A stretch of DNA of 33,159 nucleotides from an uncultured Bacteriovoracaceae bacterium (lineage in GTDB: Bacteria; Bdellovibrionota; Bacteriovoracia; Bacteriovoracales; Bacteriovoracaceae), in NCBI GenBank assembly GCA_964012805.1, contig CAXGUD010000041.1, forward strand, positions 1-33,159. Direction: 5' to 3'. Positions within the stretch are counted from its first letter, which is position 1; every line of letters begins with the position of its first letter. The notes under the pieces were generated by a model. That model was not told where the DNA came from. It worked only from the letters and a program-made list of their open reading frames with translations, and ran no database searches. Below are positions 7,742 through 17,181 of this stretch, in pieces. The translations under genes and the position numbers were made by a program.

Positions 7742-9979
7742 ATGAAGAAAAGCTCTATTCAATTTGAGTTAACAATTCCCATTGTTGTGGCGATCTCCTT
7801 ATTTTTAGGAGTTTATGGACTTTTCTCCTATTCCGTGAAAAAAGATAAAATGATGGGAGATCTAAATAAGTCTATAGAGCGAACCAAATCAAGGCTTGTT
7901 AAAAATGTAACCTACTCTCTTTTTGAGCTAGACCTTGAAGCAATAGAGCTAAACCTTAAGTCTGAATTAAAAAAAGATCACTTAAAGTCCATTCAAATTT
8001 TAAATGACTCAAAAAGTGAAATCGAAGTAGGAGTCTACAAAAATAAAAAAAATATTATAACACTTTCTAAGAATAAAGAGTTATTTGGTTCTGATAACAA
8101 AAAAATTCAAGGAAAGATTTTAAACCCGAATCAAGGAAATAAATCAAAAGAACTAGTCATTGGTCATTATATCGTAACAATCAATGAAAATATTATTAAA
8201 GAGGAGTTGAATAAAGAAATCATTTTCATTCTTACAACCATAATTTTTCTAAATATTATTATCGGACTAGTTATTTATTTTCTTTTAAGAAAGATTGTCG
8301 TTGTACCTTTAGGAGAGCTTTCAGAAATTTCCAAAAGTATTACAGAAGGCGATTACTCCAAGAGAGCGGAAAAAAAATATTCTCTTGGGCAAGGTAACGA
8401 GATGACTCTTCTCGCAAAATCCATGAACCAAATGACGGAAAAAGTAGAAAAGTTAACAACTGGGCTAAAAAAAGAAGTCGACTCACAAACAAAAGAAATA
8501 CAGCTGCAAAATGAGACTTTTTTAATATTTTATCCAATTTGGACCAAGGTTTTCTCATTTTAGACAACCAAGGGACTATTATAAGTGATCCATCAAAACA
8601 AACGAATCTAGTTTTTCAAGTTGACCCTAAGGGAGTCAATATTACTGATTTGTTTGGGCTAAACTTTACAGAGAAAAAGTCTTTTCTCAAGTGGGTTGGA
8701 CATATCTACGATGGAAAAATTCCTTTTAAAGACCTCCTTGCGTTAACTTCAAAAGTCATTACGATAACCACTGGAAAGGTTATTAGCCTAGATTATAAAC
8801 CTATTTATAAGCATTCAGGGAAAAAAATAGTCGATAAAGTCATCTGTATTTTTAAAGACATAACAAGTGAAAAAAAATGCCCAAAAGAAAATTGAATATG
8901 CTAATGAGAAAAGTGACATGATCTTAAAACTGATTGAAACTCCAATCGAGTTTTTAGATATCTTAGACGAACTGAGAGATCTTATTCACACTTTCCTACA
9001 GAGTCCAAAAGCCAATCCTTACGAAGAAATCTTTAGAAATTTTCATACATTAAAAGCAAGATTTTCTAACTTTAAAGTTTCACAAATTGTTAAGCGTATT
9101 CATGAATTGGAAGAAGATCTTTTTTCTATTATGAACTACGATATCAAAAAGAGCGAAGAAGGAGGTGGAGACAAAAACAGCAAGCTCTTTAAACCTGATC
9201 ATGAACATGATGAAAAATACCAGACATTAGTCAAAAACCTAGAATTTAAAGTTTATAACCTCGGTGAAACCCTTAAATTATTTATGAAAGAAAATAGGCA
9301 AGTTATTGAAATGGCCCAAAGTTGCTACAATTCTGGAGAAGAGTTCGAAGAACTTCATATTGCCAGAGATGAATTATTAAAATTTAATGACATGATTTTA
9401 AAAAAGTTTATTTTGAAGAATATAAAAGAACCTTTTGGCCAGTACTTAAGACCTATTGAAGAGCTTTCAAAAGCTCAGGATAAGTCAGTAAAAGTCACTA
9501 TAGGTGAGTCTGATATCCATCTCAGCCTAGATAGGTATAAAGACTTTTTTTCTGCTCTCCACCATGTTTTTAGAAATGCAGTTGATCATGGTATAGAGGA
9601 CAAAAGCGAAAGAATTGATCAAAATAAAAAAGAAGAGGCGACTATTGAGATTGCCTTTAAAAGAAAGGGCCTTCTTTTTTTCCAAGTTGCAATCAAAGAT
9701 GATGGCAGAGGAATCGACCCTTTAAAAATAAGAGAAATTGCTAGAAAAAAGGAAAACCTAAAACACCTCAAATTCAACAAAATGACCCCTGAAGAGCTTA
9801 TTCAAATTATTTTTGAACCAGGCTTTTCTTCAAAAGAAGAGGCAACAAATATATCCGGAAGGGGGATTGGAATGGATGCTGTTAAGAAATGTATTAAAGA
9901 CCTAGAAGGAAAAGTATGGGTTGAGTCTGAAGTAGGTGAAGGAACCCTTTTTGTCGCAGAGCTCCCCATTCTCAAATAA
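7742..9979 (+). pseudogene. Membrane CheA-like histidine kinase (2TM-HAMP-PAS-Hpt-HATPase) split into three ORFs by two frameshifts
   Basis: HAMP VVPLGELS...NEMTLLAKSMNQM, PAS start ILSNLDQGFLILD, Hpt IFRNFHTLKA, HATPase HVFRNAVDHGIE/DDGRGID/FEPGFSS/SGRGIGMDAV. Breaks at T6 8518-8523 and A8 8870-8877. Restored length 745 aa. Confidence 0.85.
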
Positions 9980-10227
9980 GAACCAACAAAAAAACCTCTT
10001 AGTTTTTTCAAAGCAACCGACCACCCACCTTTTTAAAAAGTTGACCATTCTTTTGTAAATTTTTCCAATAGTTAAAAAAAAGGCCTCAATAAAGCTTCAA
10101 TTTTTAAACATTTTGGTACTAAATTTTAATACCTCAAAAAAATGCCTTCCAAAAATGTCTTAACTGCGTCAAAGGTATCTATGCACTCATTAGATGGGTG
10201 GGACCAGAAACTTATAGGGCAAAAAAA

Positions 10228-11679
10228 ATGAAAAATTTACTTTTAATACTAAGTCTTACTTTCTCAATAATTATTATTGGGAGCCCTAAATCGGCCCAGG
10301 CCTTTTATGGCAAACAATCTCACAAGGCCACTTTGACCTTCAAGGGAAAACTAGAAGTTGAAAGCGATCTAGACCCTGAAAGCATAAAAGAGGAAATAGA
10401 AATTCAGACAAGCTTTCTTCTCGGAACATTTCAATCCGAAAGCTTTGCTAAAGAGTTTGGGTCAAAAGGTGTCGTTGGGGAAGATCAAAAGATAACCAAT
10501 ATTAAAATAAAGCACCTACCAGAGAAAGATAAAGACTTGGTTACTTATCACTTTGAAGCTGAAACTCTTTTTAATAAAAATGCTTTTGGAAGAAAAAAAA
10601 CAATTCGAGTTCCTATAAAGCTACCTATTAACCCCGAAGAAATATATAGTCATGGAATTGTAGGAAACTCCAACAAGTGTACTGATAAAACCTATAATTC
10701 AGAAGGCGACTTCTTTTACTTTTGGGACCCGGACCAAAAAGGTTGTCCACTAAAGGATGACAAAAAACACATCCTTAGAATTAAAGGAACTCTTAAAAAA
10801 CTCAAAAAAACAAAAAGAACATACCCTGCATATGAAAAACTTTTTGGAGATAATGAAAATGGAGATACCACAAGAATAGATTTATTCTACGGCTATATTG
10901 AAAGTAATGCCCCTAGAAACCTCCACCACTATCTTAAACAGACTTTGTCTGTGCTTGACCCCGATGCTTCTATTGAAAATGTTGATGATGCTATTATCTC
11001 AGCGTATGAAATTGGGGATTTTTTAGAGGGTAAGGGTTTTGAAATTTCTAGAAGAACACTTTTTGGAAAACTCACTAGAAGACAAGAAAAAATGCTCGAG
11101 AAAAAAGGACTTGAATTAGATCATAGACCAAGTACAAAAGAAGGTCTCACTCCTGGAGAAAAAAGGACTTATACAAAAACCTTTGATTCAGGAAAAGAAA
11201 TTGAGGTTAATATAATTATTGCCCACTCTGACCTCCAAGATAATAACAAAAAAGAAAGCACACTTTTTAAAAATATGTTTGAAGATGCTTTGGAAAATGC
11301 GGACATCATTGATTATGAAGGTCACTCAGGGCTGGGTGGAAACCTTGACCTAAATGCACTATATGGAGAACGTGATATTTTTAACCCAGATAAATACCAA
11401 ATTATCTTTATTAATGGGTGCCATTCATATAGCTACTTTAAAAATATATTTATGGATAGAAAAAACCATCCTCAAAATCTAGATCTTATCCTTTCTGGGC
11501 TTTCTACTTTAAGTGATGATGCTACAAATAACACAAAGGCATTTTTAAAATACTTCATCAATCCAGATAGAAAGAAAAAGCCTACTTACCAAACAATTTT
11601 GAACGCTATTGAACGTTCGAATAATAAAGAAAATGGGACTTACCTCACATCAGTTTTTGGAGATATCAACAACTTTTAA
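10228..11679 (+). CDS. Secreted hypothetical protein with putative clan CD His-Cys dyad
   Basis: Signal peptide MKNLLLILSLTF...SAQA. IIDYEGHSG and YQIIFINGCHSY with His and Cys 32 residues apart. Confidence 0.6.
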   Translation: MKNLLLILSLTFSIIIIGSPKSAQAFYGKQSHKATLTFKGKLEVESDLDPESIKEEIEIQTSFLLGTFQSESFAKEFGSKGVVGEDQKITNIKIKHLPEKDKDLVTYHFEAETLFNKNAFGRKKTIRVPIKLPINPEEIYSHGIVGNSNKCTDKTYNSEGDFFYFWDPDQKGCPLKDDKKHILRIKGTLKKLKKTKRTYPAYEKLFGDNENGDTTRIDLFYGYIESNAPRNLHHYLKQTLSVLDPDASIENVDDAIISAYEIGDFLEGKGFEISRRTLFGKLTRRQEKMLEKKGLELDHRPSTKEGLTPGEKRTYTKTFDSGKEIEVNIIIAHSDLQDNNKKESTLFKNMFEDALENADIIDYEGHSGLGGNLDLNALYGERDIFNPDKYQIIFINGCHSYSYFKNIFMDRKNHPQNLDLILSGLSTLSDDATNNTKAFLKYFINPDRKKKPTYQTILNAIERSNNKENGTYLTSVFGDINNF

Positions 11680-11744
11680 AGAGATTTTCCATTTACAACT
11701 TTAATTAACTTCTTTAACAATAATATCCTTAATTTTTCTAATCC

Positions 11745-11776
11745 AGATCCTGGGCTTTCTTGCCCTGGGGTCTTTT
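11745..11776 (+). terminator. Possible weak intrinsic terminator or leader hairpin
   Basis: Imperfect GC-rich stem AGATCCTGGGC-tttctt-GCCCTGGGGTCT followed by TTT. Confidence 0.35.
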
Positions 11777-11800
11777 GTAAACTAAAAGGAGTCCATTAGG

Positions 11801-12091
11801 ATGAAGAAACTATTATTGTTGGCCTGTCTTTTATTTTCTTCTTTTGCTTTTCCGACACCCGAAGCAAAAGCTGAAAGTTACTACCGTGGTGGCCCCCGTT
11901 TAGGAATTTTAAAAGTAAAGAGAAAATGTGCTGCTGAATTCGTTGGAAGATCAAGAAGAAAAAAAGTCTTTTTTGGTAAGGCCAGAGGGTTTAGAGGAAC
12001 AGGCGTTAAAAGAAAAGCTTGTAGAAAGGCGCTAAGAAAATGCCGTAATACCTATCCTAGAAGAGCTCATAAATGTGTAAGGGCGTTCTAA
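11801..12091 (+). CDS. Small secreted, highly basic 4-Cys protein
   Basis: AAGGAG RBS, signal peptide ending AKA, 72-aa mature region with 26 K/R and 2 acidic residues. Confidence 0.75.
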   Translation: MKKLLLLACLLFSSFAFPTPEAKAESYYRGGPRLGILKVKRKCAAEFVGRSRRKKVFFGKARGFRGTGVKRKACRKALRKCRNTYPRRAHKCVRAF

Positions 12092-12984
12092 AGTTCTTTA
12101 GCTTTCTTTTTTTTATTTTGCTTGAAGACCTCAAAGAGTTGTTTTTCTTTGGGGACTTCAAACCTTAAGTCACCTTCAATAACATCATCCCCTCTCATCT
12201 TTGGCAAAACTAAAAAAGAACTTTGAAGCATAAGACCTTCTTTATTTTTGTTGCCTCTTCCATATTTGGGATCCCCCAAAAGAGGGTGACCTATTTTTTC
12301 AAAATGCCTTCTAATTTGGTGTAGTCGCCCTGTTTTTATACTGGCCAAGGCAAGAGAATACTCCTTGCAAGACCTAACAACACTGACCTCAGTCAGACAT
12401 TTTTTACCTTCTAGGCTATTTTTAATTGCTCCATGACCTTTAGGAAACTTTTTCTTTAAATCGCCTTTAGTGACTGCTTGATAAGTTTTAATTGTTCTTT
12501 CATGGGACCAAATTTTAGAGAGCTGCTTTGCCTTTTTTTGACTATAAGCAAAAACCATGAGACCAGAAGCTTCTTTATCTAACCGATTAATTAAATGAAC
12601 TGGTTTATTTTTTTCTTTTTCCAAAAAACGGTTTAAGGCATTTTGATCTCCATACTTTGTGCCCTGAGATAATACATTAACCCCTTTGTACCAAACTCCC
12701 CAATCTCCAAATTCTTTAACTGGATAGCAAAGCTTTTTAAGGTCCAAATCTTCTATTTTCGATGAGTGGTAAACCTCCAAAAGGTCTCCCTTTTGAAGAG
12801 GGTGTTTTGCCTTCCTCACTCTTTTTAAAGAGCTTTTTCCCCTTTTAAGCCAAACACCACCTCTCAAAAGAATTTTCTTTGCCCATTGTTTGGAAATAGA
12901 GGTTTGTTCACTTAAAAAATCGACTAAAACACCCTTGGAGGATTCAAATGTTAACTTTTTTGAGAAAGAAGGAGGACAGCTCAT
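12088..12984 (-). CDS. RluA-family RNA pseudouridine synthase
   Basis: S4-like N-terminus, INRLDKEASGL catalytic Asp motif, KTYQA, TGRLHQIRRH, GHPLLGDPKYG. ATG 12984 after GGTGG preferred over TTG 13026. Confidence 0.92.
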   Translation of the reverse strand: MSCPPSFSKKLTFESSKGVLVDFLSEQTSISKQWAKKILLRGGVWLKRGKSSLKRVRKAKHPLQKGDLLEVYHSSKIEDLDLKKLCYPVKEFGDWGVWYKGVNVLSQGTKYGDQNALNRFLEKEKNKPVHLINRLDKEASGLMVFAYSQKKAKQLSKIWSHERTIKTYQAVTKGDLKKKFPKGHGAIKNSLEGKKCLTEVSVVRSCKEYSLALASIKTGRLHQIRRHFEKIGHPLLGDPKYGRGNKNKEGLMLQSSFLVLPKMRGDDVIEGDLRFEVPKEKQLFEVFKQNKKKKAKEL

Positions 12985-13288
12985 TTTAACCACCAACAAT
13001 TTGCAGAACCTGATTTTACAAAACAATCTTTTTATAAATGCACGGCATCTACCGACGCAAGTTAGCGCATCACAACAACAAGTAAGATAGTTACTTAGCG
13101 GTTCATTTTAAAGTTGGTCAATATAAATCAGAAAAACTTTAAAGAAGCAATATAACCTTCCAACTGATTGTTAATTATGCTCAACTCCTGTTAGGAAATG
13201 GCCTCTTTTTAATAAAAAAAGAAGCCTGTAGCCCATTAAAACATTTCACGTTAGAATATCTCAACATAAAACCTTTATCGGAATTTCG

Positions 13289-13789
13289 ATGGAAATTTAT
13301 AAATACTCAAAGCGTGTTGGCAGACTCACTTTTTATTTCCCCATTGTTTTTATCATTCTAATTTTAGGGTCCCTACCCCTTTTTTTTGCCTTTTACGAAT
13401 TCATGGTCCCCCTCCTGCCATTATCTGTTAAGGAGTGGTCTACCTTTACTTTTATTGTCCTCACCCTTTTTTTTAGCTTTTACCTCATTCAAATCGTGGT
13501 CATGTCTTGGTTTCTTTCTTTTTACTTATCTGAAAAGATTGTTTTTTTTAAAAAAGACTTGCTCACGACCTATAGAAGAACATGGCCTTTTAGGTATGAA
13601 AAATCTTATGAGTTGTCACAAATAAAAGAGGTCAGAGTTAAATCCTGCTTCATTCCTGGACTCTTTAAAATTGAATTGAAAGGTGATGTTTTTCTAGTTC
13701 TCAAATATACTTTTAGCTTTGAGAAGGCAAAAAAAGTTGTCAATAATATTAACTTACTGACAGGTCTTCCAGTAAAAGACGAGGTTTGA
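13289..13789 (+). CDS. Hypothetical membrane protein (2 TM helices plus soluble C-terminal domain)
   Basis: 166 aa, two long hydrophobic segments, directly abuts proB. Confidence 0.6.
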   Translation: MEIYKYSKRVGRLTFYFPIVFIILILGSLPLFFAFYEFMVPLLPLSVKEWSTFTFIVLTLFFSFYLIQIVVMSWFLSFYLSEKIVFFKKDLLTTYRRTWPFRYEKSYELSQIKEVRVKSCFIPGLFKIELKGDVFLVLKYTFSFEKAKKVVNNINLLTGLPVKDEV

Positions 13790-13791
13790 AT

Positions 13792-14922
13792 ATGAAAAAT
13801 GAATTGAGAAAAGAACTGCCCTCTAAGCTTAAAAGAATCGTTATTAAGCTTGGCTCACTTTCTATAACAACACCTAAAGGGGATATAGACCAAAAAAAAA
13901 TTGAAAGCTTAATGCTTGAAGTATCACGTTTAAGAAAAAAAAATATTGAAGTTATTCTAGTAAGCTCTGGGGCAATAAACTCTGGGAAGAAATATATAAA
14001 GGCCCCTACAAAAAAAACAAGTGAAAGAATTGAGTACTTTCAGGCCTGCTCAAGCGTTGGCCAGCCACTGCTTATGCATGCTTACCACAAGGCCTTAGAG
14101 AATCAAAATCTCTCATCTGCGCAGGTTCTCCTCACACATGATGACCTTAAAAATAAAACGCGCTATTTTAATATAAAGAATAACCTACAAACCCTCCTGG
14201 CCAATGGTATCATCCCAATTCTAAATGAGAATGATAGCGTCAGCTTCGAAGAAATTACAGTTGGGGATAATGACCAACTTGCTTCGATGGTCTCTGTGCT
14301 TATGGAAGCTGACCTACTTTTATTGTTAACTGAGACTGATGGGGTCTATGACAAAGATCCTAAAGATGAGACCGCTTGCCAAATTTCTCAAATACCTTTT
14401 GAAGACAATTTTAAACATATTAAAACCCTTTCAAAAAGTGAAGCCGGTCGAGGAGGAATGAGGACGAAGCTCGAAGCTGTCAGAAAGTGCACCCCACTAG
14501 GCATTCATGTTATCATATCTTCTTTCAAACCTCTTCTTCCAATTTCCCACGCCGTTACTCATGAAGGTGGCACTTATTTTTTCCCTAAGAAACTAGATAA
14601 AGCATCAAAAAATAATTCAAAAAGAATAATGGCAACCGCAAAAAGTGGTGTCTCAATTAAGGTTGATGAAGGGGCATACCGCTCACTTTTAAGAAATGGT
14701 TCTCTTCTCCCTATTGGGATAAAAAAAATCAAAGGGCCATTTAAGAGGGGTGACTCTGTTGCTATTCAATTTAAAAACAAAACCTTTGCTTATGGACTTT
14801 GTGATTATGACTCCAAAGATATATTAAAAATTATGGGTAAGAAAAGTTTTGAAATTGAAGAAATCTTAGGCTTTCTTATCTCTGATGTGGTCATTCATAG
14901 GGATAATATGATTTTAAAATAA
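13792..14922 (+). CDS. proB: Glutamate 5-kinase with PUA domain
   Basis: RIVIKLGS, VSSGAI, SVGQ, QVLLT, PILNENDSV, GDNDQLAS, GRGGMRTKL, C-terminal PUA (VIHRDNM). GAGG RBS at 13781. Confidence 0.97.
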   Translation: MKNELRKELPSKLKRIVIKLGSLSITTPKGDIDQKKIESLMLEVSRLRKKNIEVILVSSGAINSGKKYIKAPTKKTSERIEYFQACSSVGQPLLMHAYHKALENQNLSSAQVLLTHDDLKNKTRYFNIKNNLQTLLANGIIPILNENDSVSFEEITVGDNDQLASMVSVLMEADLLLLLTETDGVYDKDPKDETACQISQIPFEDNFKHIKTLSKSEAGRGGMRTKLEAVRKCTPLGIHVIISSFKPLLPISHAVTHEGGTYFFPKKLDKASKNNSKRIMATAKSGVSIKVDEGAYRSLLRNGSLLPIGIKKIKGPFKRGDSVAIQFKNKTFAYGLCDYDSKDILKIMGKKSFEIEEILGFLISDVVIHRDNMILK

Positions 14923-14963
14923 ACTGAAAAAACCTTTCAAAATATTTAAAGGGACTTTATTTT

Positions 14964-16199
14964 ATGGATGTTAAAAGCCTCGCAATTACGACTGAACTGG
15001 CCCAAAAGGATCTCTCATTAATAAGTGAAGAGTTTAGATGTAAGGCCCTTCAAAAGGTCTCCGAAAAACTTATAGAGAATAAAGAAAAAATTATTGAAGA
15101 AAACCAAAAAGATATCAATAAGGGAAAAACTGAAGGTTATCCAGAAGCCTTTATTGATCGGCTTACTTTAAATGAGGCAAGAATTAAAAGTATGGCCGAA
15201 GCCGTCTTATCTATTGCTGAAAGTCCTAGAGTACTAGGAGAGGTTGTCAGTGAATTTAAAAGAGATGATGGACTAGTGATTCAAAGAGAGAGAATCCCTA
15301 TTGGTGTCATTGCCATGATCTTTGAATCAAGACCAAATGTCGTTATTGATTGCGGGGCCCTTGCTTTCAAGTCAGGAAATGCCATTATCCTCAAGGGAGG
15401 AAAAGAGGCCAACCATTCAAATAGAATTCTGACACATTTATTTCAAGAGGCAATTAAGGATTATGTTAATCCAGACATTATTCAGCTTATTGACTCAAGA
15501 GAGGACCTACAAGAAATCCTTTCCCTTAAAGAAAATATTGATGTCGTTATACCGAGAGGAGGAGAGGGCCTTATTCAATATGTTTACGAAAACTCGAAAA
15601 TCCCAGTGATTGCTCACTTTAAAGGTCTTTGCCATATTTATGTGCATAAGGATGCAGATTTGGAAAAGGCCATCGATATTTGTATGAATGCTAAAACGCA
15701 AAGACCTGGTGTATGTAATGCAATGGAAACCCTTTTAGTACACGAAGATATTGCTGAAGATTTTTTACCAAGAATCCTTGCAAAACTTGATTCTGAAGGT
15801 GTTGAAATTAGAGGGTGCTCACTCACAAAGGGTTTATTCTCTAAGTCCATTAGCGCCAACTTAGGAGACTATTACACAGAATACTTAGACAAAGTCCTTT
15901 CGGTGAAAGTCCTCCCAAACCTCGAAAAAGCTATTTCACATATTCAGGAACACGGGACTAATCATACTGAAGCAATTTTAGCAAAAGACCCAAAGGCCAT
16001 AGATACTTTTAAAAAACGAGTGGATGCAAGTTGCATTGTAGTTAATGCTTCAACTCGATTTAACGATGGAGGGGAACTTGGACTTGGAGCAGAATTAGGA
16101 ATTGCTACGACAAAGCTTCATTCCTACGGCCCCATGGGGGCCCGAGAAATAACAACGACCCGATTTGTTGTTAAAGGTGAAGGGCATATTAGGATATAG
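14964..16199 (+). CDS. proA: Gamma-glutamyl phosphate reductase
   Basis: PIGVIAMIFESRPNV, ILKGGKEA, IPRGG, RPGVCNAMETLLVH, NASTRFNDGGELGLGAELGI. Confidence 0.97.
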   Translation: MDVKSLAITTELAQKDLSLISEEFRCKALQKVSEKLIENKEKIIEENQKDINKGKTEGYPEAFIDRLTLNEARIKSMAEAVLSIAESPRVLGEVVSEFKRDDGLVIQRERIPIGVIAMIFESRPNVVIDCGALAFKSGNAIILKGGKEANHSNRILTHLFQEAIKDYVNPDIIQLIDSREDLQEILSLKENIDVVIPRGGEGLIQYVYENSKIPVIAHFKGLCHIYVHKDADLEKAIDICMNAKTQRPGVCNAMETLLVHEDIAEDFLPRILAKLDSEGVEIRGCSLTKGLFSKSISANLGDYYTEYLDKVLSVKVLPNLEKAISHIQEHGTNHTEAILAKDPKAIDTFKKRVDASCIVVNASTRFNDGGELGLGAELGIATTKLHSYGPMGAREITTTRFVVKGEGHIRI

Positions 16200-16213
16200 T
16201 TTTAAGTTTGATT

Positions 16214-16669
16214 TTAGGCCATCCATTCAAAAAGACTATAATGCTCATCGCTCATGCCTAAAGACTTATAAACTTTTTGCGCACTAAGATTTCTCTTATC
16301 AACATAGAGCCTGATCCCAAGGTAACTTGGATTTTGACGAACTCTTTCCTGTAACATATTGTAAAACTTTTTAAAAACTCCCCGTCCACGAAACTCTTTT
16401 TTTACAAAAGCAGAGTGAACCCACAACACTGTTCCTTGCCGCCAGTCGCTCCATTCATAAAGAGTAAGAAGACATCCTATCGCTTGCCCTTCATATAAGG
16501 AAACCCAATATTCTCCTTCCTTCGGATTGTCAAAAATATGCTGGACACCTTTTTTAGTTTTTTCAAAATTCAGCTCCATATTCTCTGTTTCTAGTGCCAT
16601 TTCAACTTGGAACTCAGCAATTATTTGGGCATGTTTATCTCTCTTTGCATTTTCTATTACACAATTCAT
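16214..16669 (-). CDS. GNAT-family N-acetyltransferase
   Basis: MALETE, YEWSDWR, FVKKEFRGRGVF (motif A), RLYVDKRN..AQKVY..LGM. Confidence 0.9.
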   Translation of the reverse strand: MNCVIENAKRDKHAQIIAEFQVEMALETENMELNFEKTKKGVQHIFDNPKEGEYWVSLYEGQAIGCLLTLYEWSDWRQGTVLWVHSAFVKKEFRGRGVFKKFYNMLQERVRQNPSYLGIRLYVDKRNLSAQKVYKSLGMSDEHYSLFEWMA

Positions 16670-16767
16670 TTTACTAACCCGTTACCTTTCTCCATATCCT
16701 TACTTTTTTAAATTAGAAAGAAGCAGCCAATAAAAAACTTTCCTAATCACTACCTAAATCTTTTAAA

Positions 16768-17181
16768 TTAATAAAGCTTCAAATTCTTGGTTAAATCATT
16801 AATTTCACCTGAATCACCAAAAAGAGAAAGGGCAATATACTTAAAAGCAGAAAACCTTGTCTTCGATGCTCTTTCAACAAGCTCTTCATATTTCATTGAC
16901 TCTTGTGAAACATTTGTTAAATCAATACATTTAGTATTTTCTAGCTCCAAAGCATTGTGACGGATTTGAATAAGCTCTTCTTCTCTGGCCTTTAATATGG
17001 CCACAGGAAAAGAAAGAAGACCCATATGGAAAACACCATCAGCATCCTCGAAGTTTTCTCCAATAAGACTTGGGTATTGGCCTCCTAGACTTGAACCAAG
17101 AAGGGCCGTGCAATTGAGCGCCAGTCCTTTTGATAATTTTTCTGATAATATAAAGACGCATTTTTCAGGTTTTTTTGGCAT
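16768..17181 (-). CDS. DUF2000-family protein
   Basis: KCVFIL..L..GLALN..A.LG.SLG, D.DG..H.GL...PV.IL, LFG....I..LT..L.LY. Confidence 0.8.
   Translation of the reverse strand: MPKKPEKCVFILSEKLSKGLALNCTALLGSSLGGQYPSLIGENFEDADGVFHMGLLSFPVAILKAREEELIQIRHNALELENTKCIDLTNVSQESMKYEELVERASKTRFSAFKYIALSLFGDSGEINDLTKNLKLY

Noticed and set aside
8867..9979. Calling this cheA of a chemotaxis operon
   Set aside because: No CheW (P5) domain and no cheW, cheR, cheB or MCP genes adjacent. It is the C-terminal part of a membrane kinase.
4543..12984. psuG and the RluA-family gene as a pseudouridine gene cluster
   Set aside because: They are more than 6 kb apart with unrelated genes between. Co-location is plausibly chance.
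13038..13072. GCACGGCA...GACGCAAG resembles fragments of the c-di-GMP-I riboswitch
   Set aside because: The GNRA-capped P2 stem and P3 receptor are missing. Too partial to call without an Rfam search.
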